From positions 1,418,259-1,482,258 of the forward strand of contig NW_004797275.1 in assembly GCF_000002075.1 (NCBI RefSeq): a stretch of 64,000 nt of DNA, in the 5' to 3' direction. This DNA is from Aplysia californica (Eukaryota). The position numbers and the translations under genes are program-made. Below the pieces are notes generated by a model. That model did not search any database, was not told the origin of the DNA, and worked only from the letters and a program-made list of their open reading frames with translations. Below are positions 25,601-38,035 of this stretch, one piece after another; position 1 is the first letter of the stretch, and each line of letters opens with the position of its first letter.

Positions 25601-27823
25601 GGAGTTTCTTTCATTAGATGAAGATCTATGAAAGTAGGTTCATTAGTTTTGATTCAATTACCAATGTAGTGACCTGTATGTCACTCTCAGGTTCGTGCCA
25701 GCGTAGTGGGAAAACCCTTTCCACAGATTAAGAGTTTGTCTATGGCATCGGTTGCATGTGTTCGAAAAATATTTTCTCCAAATTTGAATTCCAAATGTTG
25801 AAATAAGCAAGAAGAGATGCATAATAGCCTACATGTTCAATTTTTAAAAGAAAAAGTTGTTGTTTTTTTCCTCCTCTGAGAAATTTAGCTGTCTGGGCTT
25901 TGACCTGTTGAACAGCTTGCTGACTGCATGTTGATTGGGTCAGAGGCTTCTTTGTTTCGTTAAAGCCTTCGCTTTTTATAAGTCTACTTCTGTTAAACAG
26001 TTATTCCTCTGAGAACACTTTCTGACGCAGGAAAATAGGAAACTGCAGTTTGCAACCATCCATTTTTTGAGGATCCAACAGTGTTTTGTAAGGGTTTTTT
26101 TCTAGACCACAATTCAATTTTGGTGACTTAAGTTCCACCCTTCGAGTGCTGCAAGAATTGAATGCTAACAGAATAAATGTCTGTCCAGTCAATGCAGAAT
26201 CCGTCTGCTTTTTATTTCATGGAGTTCCTGTGGTTATTGTTGAAAGGTCTTGTTGGTGTATAAGTGCTTGAGCACCTGCAGCTCTGCCGATTAAAATGAT
26301 GCTTCACGGGAAGATGAACATATTCCAGAATTTTCTATAGAGTCCATTGAGTAATAATCACTGAGCACAGAAAGCTAACTGTCGAGTCAGGATATGTGTT
26401 ACGTGTATACCAATGAGGAGTCATTGGGGAAAACGGGCAAGGTTACAAAATGTAAAGTTGTGACCAAATCAATTTTTTTAATTTGTAAGAATCATTTTCG
26501 TTTTATTGTTGGTTAGTTATTATTCATCAGTTTCCCGTTCTACTGCTATGAAAAATAATAAACCAACAGTCCTACAGAAATAAAGTTCTGAGTCTACTAG
26601 CTTTTACAATTGATTTGCTTTTCCCAGTTTCTTTTTTGTGACCTTGCTTGTTATTCCCGTAGACACCTCAAATCGTGTCTATTTATTCATGTTATTTTTT
26701 TGTCTTGTACTGTTCCAAGCTTCTGTGGTGAACAAAATGTTTATCAGAAATGCTGCCAGCTTTTTTTGCAATAAATACAGTCTAGCATGCACATATCAAA
26801 ATGTTCACATATCGAAACATACTCATAGCGAACTCACACGTATCGAAACATAGCCATAGCGAAACATACACAGAACGTACAGATTTTCAGACCCCAAATT
26901 CTTTCTAACATATCCATTGTTTGTACTGAAAGTACGCACATAGTGAAATTTGTACATATTAGACAAAGATTTCTGCGTCCTGTAATAATGTTATGTGGGT
27001 GCCAGACTGTAAATGAACTGTCTTAAGCATTACTGTTATAAATGCTATTGTTCCCTTAGCCAGAGCTGTATTCTCCACAGTATTTTTTAGCCACAAATTT
27101 ATCTCGTTATTATTCATTTTTATACTGCCGGAAAAGAAATGATTGATATTGTTAAATCGTGAGTATTTTTTCTATAAGCTGGAGTGTCTCAGAACTGTCT
27201 TTCTCTCGTATTGTGAAAACTTTTCCAAATAAGTGAAATCCATAATCAAACTAGTTTTGGTCCAGCCATGCTCCAAAACTGTTCAGCCATAGCTCCTTTA
27301 TTTTATTATGGCTCTGTAATTGATGCTTTTCCCGAAAATAGGGGTTGCTTTGCCCCCAGTTTCCATGTTGTAACCTTGCCTGTTATTCCCGTAGACACCT
27401 CTAATCCGGTCTATTTATTCATGTTATTTTTTTGGCTAAGAAGACAAAACATTGGCTAAAACAGCACCTGGACATGGATGGCTGGTGCCTCTATAAATAA
27501 ATCATTGATGGTCCGGGGGTTGCTTGGCTCTTAACTTTTCTCTTGAGTAAGCAACATCATTGATGTGCGTTTGGTATGACTTTTGATCTGTCTCGAACCT
27601 TAGAAGAGCCCGAGTTATTTTTGGACTTCTCTCTGCCCGGTGTCCTGAAGGAAGGGGGGACCTTCGAAATGACCCATTTTATTTATGTCTAGTAGGGTTT
27701 TGAACTCAACAATAACAATGTACACTCGAACCTGCTCTAAGGATCACCTGTTCAAGACAACCACTTGTCCATAGGGCCATTTCTCCCTTTACTCTTTTTT
27801 TTTTTAATGGTCACTTTTAAGCA

Positions 27824-28050
27824 CAAGGAGGTTATCCTAAAAAATGCTGTTTTTTGAAAATCGAAGGTAAAGTTTTCACCGTTCAGGTTTTTTTAATAGA
27901 CAAGGAGAGTTTTCTCTATAACCAAACAAATATAAATACCAATGAAACCAAACTTCTACAGGTAGGGCAATGCCCACTTTTGCCGTGTTGGTCAAGATTT
28001 CTGGAAACCCCAGGAATCTGGGTGAGCCCGCTTGTCCTTAAAAGCGACCA
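27824..28050. repeat. Dispersed repeat, inverted copy at ~58217-58450
   Basis: ~230-bp reverse-complement match; TTAAGGGG-like terminus. Confidence 0.65.
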
Positions 28051-29799
28051 AATATGATGACACTGTCCACAAGGACAACCGAAGTCTAAGGTAACCACTT
28101 TTCTCCATCTCCCCTTTTTTTCTTCTTAGACTGGTGTAACTGTATATATCCCATAGGTAATGAGACTGGTAGAATTTGTCCAACATGTGTTCTGAAACTT
28201 CTGAGATTTTTCTGTAGGTCGAATTCATGTGTCGAGAGAATGGATAGAATTTGTCAGTTATGTGTTGTGCACCTTTGCTGATTTTTCTGAAGGTCCGATT
28301 TATGTGTCAAAGCAAACATTCAACTTTTCTCACAATAGAGCCATTCAGAGATAAGGTAACAAATTGAGGTGCTTTCAGATCTTTGATAAGTCAAGGTTTT
28401 TTTTGGGGGGGGAAGGGGGGGGGGGGATTTTGTCTACAAATAAAGATCTGCACAAGTCTGCCATGACGGGAGATCATCTGATTAAAAAACATTTTTCATA
28501 TAATATCTGGAATAATAACGTGGTGTTTTCAATTTGTATTGTACTGGATATAAATGAATGACGGATGATACGGATCTACACCATTTTGTTTTCCAGTCTG
28601 TGAACCAGTACTTACATCTTGTCTTGTGGTTTGATTTTTCTGTGTTCATCTCGTCTCGTGGGATTTTGTTTTATAATATTCTTGATAGCATTATTTGTAC
28701 ATCATGGTTGTTGCGACGAGAGAGCCCCACTTGCCTTGGTACACTGTTGTTTGTGCAATTCATGACAAAATAAACAGGAAAAAAAACATGTTATGAGGAA
28801 AGCTGTATCAGTGTGTCTTTGATTGCCACGTGCATGTTAGTGACTGTTGTGATTGTGGTGTCTTTGATTGTATTGTTACAATGTGAGTCTTCCGAGAAGC
28901 AGAGTGTTTCCTGAGTTCTCTAATGTCCAAATTTCATTTTCGGTGACTGTGACCTATATGACGAGCACTGTTCGTTGTTTTACCTCATGTGATGTGGTGG
29001 AGGAGGAGAGAAACTGCAGACGAACGATGCACCTCAAACCTAAGGAAGCCTGAATATCACACAGATGAAAACTGTTCGTGGTATTTTGTATTCGCCATCC
29101 AACTGTTTCTGTTCTTCACTAGCTTTGTAAAATAACTGCAGATTCAAGTTCAGCTATACTTTATCTGTGCAAAAAAATCTTTATCTTTCAGAAACACTTG
29201 GTTCTATTTATTGAATTAATTATAGGCAATTGACAGCTCAGTTGAACTCCTCCCTTTAGTCCGGGGGATCCAAAATTGTACTCAGTGAAACACAAGATGA
29301 CCCTTCATCACGAAGGGTTAATGCAAACATGTTGCTACATGAATATTTCTAGAGTTTTCGATATCTTCAAAGTAGTTAATTTTTAGGAGTGAAAACTATC
29401 ACACGGTTATAAGTAGCTCCCACAAGTTTTGTCATAATTAGCCTACCAAAAATATAATTAAATTTTAAGTGAACTATACACATACAGTCGGGCACAGATA
29501 AATCAAAAACATGTCAAATATGTTCGACACATCCATACTTCGCGTATACCATATTGCAAAAAATTAAAGAGATATCAGTCCGGGAACGATAAATTATACC
29601 GGCTATCCGTGATTTCGAGCTTTCTGTGTTGGTGAACACAAGAGTGTTCTAAGCTGACTGCTTTAACTATAGTATATAATCCCCCATTTGGTTCTTTGGC
29701 TTTGTCAAAAAGCTGAACACACACAAAGACAGTCTCAAACAGACAGTTTTAATTTTAGTTATAGTTTTTCAGCACTTGCAACACAACAAGGTCATATGA

Positions 29800-30176
29800 T
29801 ATATTTTTTTTATAGTAGAGGGTTTTACGACGCTCGCAACTGCATAAGGTCATATGAGCGCCAAGGGGTGGGTGTTAACAGAGAAGTCTTTACAGGGAAT
29901 CAGACTTATTTTGCTCACCTCTCTAGCTTCAACAGCACAAAATCTGCTTCGACTATCAAGGCACTCCAAAAATAGCAGGTCACAAGAGAGTGACAAACAT
30001 ACAAAAGAAGTAGAGGAAAATGACAATAGTAAGGATTAGGAAAGAAAAAGCAGCAGTTACCTGTAGATCAGGCACAGTTATGAGCGTGACATGAATCGGC
30101 CCATTTACAATTCTACTGTGCTTGAACGAGAAATCTCTCCCCTTTGGGAATGGCCAAAAGACACTACAGTCAGTGG
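29800..30176 (-). mobile_element. Family B copy nested in a family A copy
   Basis: TSD caaggtcatatga at 29787-29799 and 30177-30189. Confidence 0.85.
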
Positions 30177-32964
30177 CAAGGTCATATGAGTGTCGAAGAT
30201 TAGAGGTGTTGCAAGAGAATAACAAGCACAAAAAAGGAGGAGAGATAAGGACAATAGATGATTAATAGGAAAGAAGGCGCAGAGCACCTGCTAACCACCC
30301 ACACAAACATTAAGGAGGCAAAGTAAACATAACAGACGTATGTTTGATATGTATATTTATTATAATTCTCTCTATAATTTATGGGGGCAAATGGAGAAGT
30401 GAATAAATTTGTATAGTCTCAAATACAAAATACAAAAGAGTCAGCATACGTTGTTAATTAGAAGTGCACAAGGCTCACAAACATATTTTTACAAATGGAA
30501 TGTAGACAATACCCACACAATTTACTCTGTATGTATGTACACATGCAAAATGCAATGTTCATCCTTCGTGGAAAACGCCCCACTGAGCTGTAGGCCATTA
30601 TATGAAAACACAAGACTCTCTTTAGTGTAAGGTAGCTCTTGACCAAGAATGCAGGAGATGTGACCTATACCACAGTCATCACAGCATACAGCAGGACTAA
30701 GCAGGAGAGTTTTCATTGACCCATATCACACAAGCAATGGATGCTGATGATTGCAGTTTTTAAAGAAAAATAAAAAACACGTATTCACTTTGTAGCTTAT
30801 AAATAAACTAAAAGAAAGTTTTGGAAGCTTTCATGATGAAATGAAACGGGCAAGAAGAAAGGTGTGTGTCATCTCATTTTAACACAATCGGTTGTAGTTC
30901 TTTCTCAAATAGGCAGCTCATACATCACCTATTCTCCTTTGTCAAAGATGCTCTTAATTTCAAGGCCCAGTTTTTATCAGTCGTTGTTCTTTCTCGACCT
31001 ATAAAATGAAGAGAACATATGAAGTCTTCTTTTTTTTTTTAAAGAAACGTTCTTGATTTAGACCCATTATCAACAACACAGCTTTCTTGACAACAAGAAC
31101 AGAGCGAGCCTATTTATTCGTATTTTTTATTCTTCTTTTTTTTTTTAGATTTGTTCCACATTTCTGAACTTGAATCTGTCAGTATTTCATCAATTCAAAA
31201 AACCCCACTTGTCTTTAACATGAATTAATCATCATGCCCATCCATTAAAAAATCTCACTACCACGTTGATTTAACTGTTCACATTTGACCTGATACTTTT
31301 GCAGAACAGACCTGCAAAAATATAATTTTGATTTGTCTTTCGGGGCTTTTTTAACAATGAAAAAATGAACCATGTAAGGACAATGAAACGAAGCATGTAT
31401 AATCATTCATAAATACACAAAACAAACATCAAATTTCATTATTTGAGCACTTTACATTTCAGCTATCCCTTCTAGATGATGTCAGCGCAGAAACAACACA
31501 TTGTTTACATCCTGCTACTCCCTCCCACCCCTAAAAAAATTAATTTATCTCATACATAAATTCATTTCTTTCTTTCATATTAATCATTCTCTCATTCAAA
31601 ATGACAAGTAAAACTTGTTCCTTATACAGTAGAGTTGGATTTGCCTACAGAAGTAGCACCACACATTTCTTTCCAGGTTGGTTTCTAGATATCTGAAACG
31701 GTGAACCTCCAGTAATCACATTTTTCTTATTTCCAGTGTACAAAGAAATCTAATCTAAAATGTACTAGTAGTACAGTACAACGCTGACATGAAAAACCAT
31801 GATTTTATTTGAACTCTCATCGAAAAGATTCTAGTTATAGTTTTCTCGTATTCCATCCTGTCTTTCCCCAGCCTCAGATCTGAGTGCAGTTAAGTAAATT
31901 TGTCAGATAAAGAAGAATTAAGTAAGGTGTATGTAATAGATACAGAAAAGACTATAGGTCTGTAAGGTGATCCCCTTACAATGTTTGCAAAAAAACACGG
32001 ACAAAACATTGAAAAAAAAAAAAACAACAACAACACTACATTCCCCATCCAACCATCTGGTTTACTTTTTTTTGCTGAAAGTGCAAACCCCCTTAATTTT
32101 CACAGCGTCTCAGACACCATGTTAGAGCCCAATAGATTTTTTAAAATCTTACCTTCTTCAAAATCAAATACCATAAAGTGGGCTGGAAGTGGAAGGTATA
32201 AACCACCATCCACCCCCCAAAAATATGCAGCTTTTTGTCTGGGGTGCCTCACTTTTCACAGAAAAAGTATATCGTCTGCATCATTCCACAAGCCCCCAAG
32301 TAATTTCTTTTTCAAAGTTTTGAAAAAATTCAATCAAAAAGAGAGTACCCAAATTAAAACTATTTCATAGGCACTCAGGGATTAAAGTTAAAAACTAAGA
32401 CGGAAATGACTTTAAAAGAGTATAACTATATTACAAGATGCCCCTAGATGTCTTTATTCTAAATCTAATAACAGCTCTACCTGGAAAACCCCAAGAAATT
32501 GACTAGGTGATTGTGAAATGATGCTGGTGATATTGATATTAAATACAACCGTAATAAAAAAAACTCATCAGTTCAGTTTACAAGAAGAGTTAAATCATGG
32601 TATAAAAAGACCAAATGAAAGCAGAAAGCATATTCACGACACAATTCAAAAAGAATACAGACCATACAAACAGATATATTTTGCCTTTCATAATTATTCC
32701 TTTCAAGAAAATTCAAAATCAAAATGTGCAGCAAACAAATTTCATATCACTATATGTGAGCATAAATCAGAAAAAGTTGCTGAAAAAATTCTCAAAAGAA
32801 AAAATAATCTAGCACTCAAGTCTTCTTTCCACTTAGTACAAACTGAAGCCCGAAAATTTTGCTGAATATTTTCAAGTCGTAAGAAGGCAGTTGGAAGAAG
32901 GTTCCATTGGGCAGGGCACTTGACTCGGTCCGATACAGCTCTCTCATCTACTGCGTACCACTGT

Positions 32965-32999
32965 TCAAAGGGCACCAAGACTTGTCTGAGACCGCGAGC
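32965..32999 (-). CDS. Class C GPCR terminal coding exon (RSRSQTSLGAL*)
   Basis: tctccctgcag|GC TCG...CTT TGA; phase matches exon 15. Confidence 0.7.
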
Positions 33000-35900
33000 C
33001 TGCAGGGAGAGAGGAGGGGCACATACAACATGAGATGGACAAAGTACCTTACTTAATAATAATAATAATAATAAATAAATAGCATTTGTATAGCCCATAT
33101 CCCCGCTCAACAGCAGGCTCTATGTGCTTTACACTATATTATTACCCCAGCAGACCATAGAACACTACGAAACATTCTCAGCTTCCCGGGAAGCACACAA
33201 AGCAAGCAGCAGATTAAGCGCTCAAACACTAACAAACTGACAAGATCTTTCACTGTCCATAGCCGGGTACCCATTCCCACCTGGGTGAAGTGAGGAAAAT
33301 TCGTGTAAAGTGCCTTTCCCAAGGACACAACGTTGGGTCCCTGACGGGATTTGAACCCATGACCTTACGGTTGCGAGTCCGAGAGCCCAACCACTAGGCC
33401 ACAGACGCCACTGAATTTCATCATTTTTTCAACAAGATTTGTCTTTTTCACACACATCGTGCGAGACAGAGCCAAGGCGTAGAATGGGAGTACTTGTTCA
33501 GTCTTAGTACTTTAAAGTTGTTAACATCGTTATGGCTTGTTCTGTGCAGGTCTTGTCAATGAATGAATCATCTCATAATTTATCTATTGGTACAAGTTTT
33601 ACTGATCTGTCTCTTATAATAAGCAAAAGAAACGTCGATCAAAGATTGTGACCTGTGACGCCTTGCACAGGGCAGAATTTCCCTCAGCATGTGAGGTGCA
33701 TATATGGTTAGCATTCAAGGGGTTAATCATCGCAATATTCCATGAATTCCATGATATTTTGTTCCACTGATCTTTTTACGGCATTTGCAACACAATTAGG
33801 TCATATAAGTTCCGACGATAAGAAGTGTTGCAAAAAGAGTAACAAACAAAAAAGAAGGAGAAGATTTGGGGGTGTGTGCAAGCAAGATATATGGGACAGA
33901 AGAAGAAAAGGAAGAGTCACTCAAGGGAGAGTGTGGATGGGCACATCTCAAAAATCAAGAGAGCTTTTGCTAGGACAATCCTCTCCTGCAGTTCACAGTA
34001 TAAAGTGGGAGAAAGAGGGGCAGGTCAAGAAAGAGATCAGAGGTCAACATGAGGATAGACAGTTCGCTACCCTAGAATTATAAAATCCTATCAGATCAAC
34101 ATCTAGTTTTGAGAAATTTGAAGTAAAAAATTTTTAGTTTCACATGTTCAGCTCTTTCAAATGCAATTCTTTGCACATCTTGATAACGACTTCGAATAAT
34201 CTTACAACTTTGATAGAGCAGATAGAACATTATATTTCTGACCTCATGATCTTAGCAACTCCAAAACGGCCAATAAAAAACACTGTAGTTCTGTCCCCGT
34301 CATTATATGCACGAAAAATTATGAAATTATGCCAAAATGAGCCCAAAAATGATAAATTATGCGATTCTGTTAATTTTAACAAAGAATGATAAAGGAAAAT
34401 AATCAGAAATTATGCAAAAAATTATCAAATTTTGCTAAATTATGCGGGGTGCATAAAACCACGCGGACAGGTAGTTCAAATGTAGTGAGGTATTACAATG
34501 AGCGATGCTAAAAGAACTTAAGAGAAAAGGATGGGACAGGAGCAGCTGGCTGGAAAGTCATCTGTGGTGCCTCCACAATCAATGACCACACTGTCGAAAG
34601 CTGACAAAACGCCTTTTTTTATATTTTGTCGCTAGATAATTTTATTTGCTAAATCGAAAGCCTGATCAGTTACCCTACTTGTGTGCAAAAAGTAAAATTG
34701 AAACTGTCGCTAGTTTTTTAATCAATTAGAATTCAGATTTCGGAATGACTCCATTTTTAAATGATTAAGCTAACGAAAAACCTCTTTCCTTCGAAACTGC
34801 TCTGAAGAAAAAAAAAGCGTTTTTCAGCTTACGGCAGTACAGTATAACGGTGAAGGTGAAGGACTTACGGCGAAGAGTTCCCTTGGCAGATCTCGGACGT
34901 CCAGAGGATCCAAAAGCAACTTCAGACTGAGGCCGCTTCTGTGGGTGACGACCTTTGAGGTCGTCAGTCACGCGCAGTACACGAGTGCTTCCATAAGCCG
35001 ACTCTGCTTTTTTCAGGTATGTAGGAGGGGCACTGTAGGTGCTCATAGGGTGTTTCAAATGTGTCGCCACTGGGGGGAAAGAATGATATCAGGCCTCAAA
35101 ACATCTCGTTCATTACACTTACCGCCCAAATGTCTGAAGAGATAACACAGCAGGGGTTTCCATCCTGAAGAAAATTGAGGGAAAACGGCACAGAAAAGAA
35201 TGAAGCAAACAGTACAAAGAATTTTGGAAACTGTACGTTTAAAAGTCATAGATCTCAAGGGCTGCAAGAAAAGTATCTCACAATCTACAGAGATAGAAAT
35301 GAGTCAACGATAGCTTTCCGGGGCCTAACAGGCTACAATACTGTAATGCTCCTAAGCACTGGGTTGAAAAATAAACAAGAAAATGGGGTTTATATTGTGA
35401 AGTCATGAGGGTCTTCCACTGAAGTCATGTTAATCAACAATTACAAAATATGATTTAAAAGACATACGTTGAAGTTCAGTTTGGATTTCAAAAGAGTTGT
35501 TAACATTCCAGTGAGATATGTATGTTAGCTCTGAGCTTGCGGGTATTCTTACAGAAAAATAATTCTGAAGAAAAATTGTTAATATTTCTACAGGAAAGTC
35601 CTAAGCAGACTTATTGAAAATTGTCACATTAACTTTTTAACCTTTAAAATAGCAAGGCTATTGCGCACTTATGCTTCTTTGACTGCTTGATTATTGTAAA
35701 CAAAAAGCTAATCATACTAATGAGATACTCAAATTACTCAGGAAAATATAATGAGGGGGGGGGGGGTAATTGACAGTCAGACAAATTGACTTTCAGGAAG
35801 GATGAGCATGGAGTGGAAACCCCTAAAAGAGAAATGTTGACCACTTGCTGGCGAAAGCGTAAGATCTAGCCAGAAAAAGCAAAGATAATCATAAAAGCTT

Positions 35901-37975
35901 GAACTTGTTTTGGTATACAATAAACTGTAAAATACATGTAGTTTCTAGCTGATATTATTCCTTCAAAGCAAACTTCAAGCGACTGATTAGTCTAATAATT
36001 ATGTAACAGTTGGGTATGCTGTCCAACACATTGGTATTTTTAATGTGTGATACATCAGACATTTGATAAAATATGTCCCAAGAAGCTTTCATGACAAATT
36101 GTAAATTGTCAACTTAAGCAAAATTAAAGGTATTCATAACCTTTTTACTTGCAAATGATGCTACATGATTTATAACAATTTGAAAGCATTACGTACATAA
36201 TCCAATTACAATATTTATCTTTACAAAACAAAATCCAGTGGTTACTTCTATCATTCGAGTCAGTGTTAAGAATACTGAGGATTACAAATTGATGTAATAA
36301 CTGTTGTAGGTTACATCCTTAAAATAAGCTGATTTTAAAAGTACCATGTATTTTTTCATCCTGTCTAATTAAGGATAATCTCTTTAAAATTACATTTTAG
36401 TCAGAGCACAAGCACAGCACACAAACAGTCACAAACCACAACACACAAACAGTCACAATCCACAAAACATAATACAAAACAGAATAAGTATACACAGCAA
36501 ATCCACTCTTATAATACTTGGTGGCGTATCATCCTTTATCTTTTTTAAACAAAATTTAGAAACTGAAATAATATACGTCCTTTTTTCGATGTCAATTTAC
36601 TTCTTCACAGTTCTTTAAATGAACAAAGGAGCTTGAACAGCATTATCTTTGGAGAACAGTCTAAACATGTTACTGTTTTTTATCAGTTTCTGCTACGACT
36701 ATGACAGACCGACAGAAAACAGGGAAAAATTTATGCTTAAAGAGAAAAAGCCAGGACGGTAGAACATAAATTTTTTTTCCTTTAACATTGCAGTCATAAA
36801 ATCTAAACCAGGTGCTTTACAAAAATGTTTTTTTGGGTTTTTTTGTTTTTTTAATGAGTAATCTGCTACGTCGTGGAAAAAAGAAAGGGAAGGCCTCCGC
36901 CTAAATGCCTGAGGTACTTTTTTGCATTGAAATCAAAGCTCAAGTAGTTGAGGCTCACCATGTCTAGCACTAAGAGAGCTCATTCGAACAAGGTTTGACA
37001 AAGCAAGGTAGCAGAGGAAGAGAAGGAGTGTGTTGTGGGGGAGGGGGGGGCGTGAAGAGGTGGAGGGGGAGGAAGGATGGGGTTGTGAAGGGGTGGGGGA
37101 AGAGGGAGTTGTTTTGAAGGGGAGGAGGAAGAAGTGTGAGGGAGTGGGGAAGAACATGAAAGTAGGAAGGGGGTGGAGGTATGAAGGGAATAAAGAGGNN
37201 NNNNNNNNNNNNNNNNNNNNNNNNNNNNNNNNNNNNNNNNNNNNNNNNNNNNNNNNNNNNNNNNNNNNNNNNNNNNNNNNNNNNNNNNNNNNNNNNNNNN
37301 NNNNNNNNNNNNNNNNNNNNNNNNNNNNNNNNNNNNATCCCTTATTCTTCCATCTTGAATAGGTCAAGATATTTGTGATTGAAGGAGGTGGGGCTCACTG
37401 GGTTCAGAGGTAAAATTTTCTAGAAAATAGCTGCCAAAGTTTGGCGACTTCCATAGCTTGAGAGTCCTTGAAAACTGAAAATTTAGTTCATGTCTCTTTA
37501 ATCAACGTTTTTCGTTAAAATCCACACAGAAATGTTTTTTTTTTAATGAACATAAAATACGTTGAGCCTATAATAAAAAATTCGATAAAATATCCAAACC
37601 AGCAGAGAAATGTCAGTTTCTTCGATTGCAGTATTTTGACGAGCGCCTGATATCACCACGACGCCTCACATTTGTTTAGTCTCAGTACTTTCAAGCTGTT
37701 TATATTCCTATGGCTTGTTCTGCGAAGACCTTGTCAATGGATCAAGCCATCTCTTCATTTCTTTCTCCATTATTGATATATATATTGACAATGACAATGA
37801 CAATGACAATCTTTATTCATCTCGCAGGGAGAAATTTGTCTTGGTCGTTAACAATGGCAGTAGACGTTACAAAGGTTAGACTTAAAGGTGCACTCACGCA
37901 AACGCACAACAAGACAGGACATTTTGCCAAGTAAATACATGTCTCACGGGCTGGGACAACCCGCTCCGTAACACA

Positions 37976-38035
<60 letters not shown>

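Noticed and set aside
32860-32999. Alternative longer frame or stop readthrough at the GPCR terminal exon
   Set aside because: The phase of exon 15 fixes the frame; the TGA-ACA context is not a readthrough motif and a second TGA follows after 6 codons
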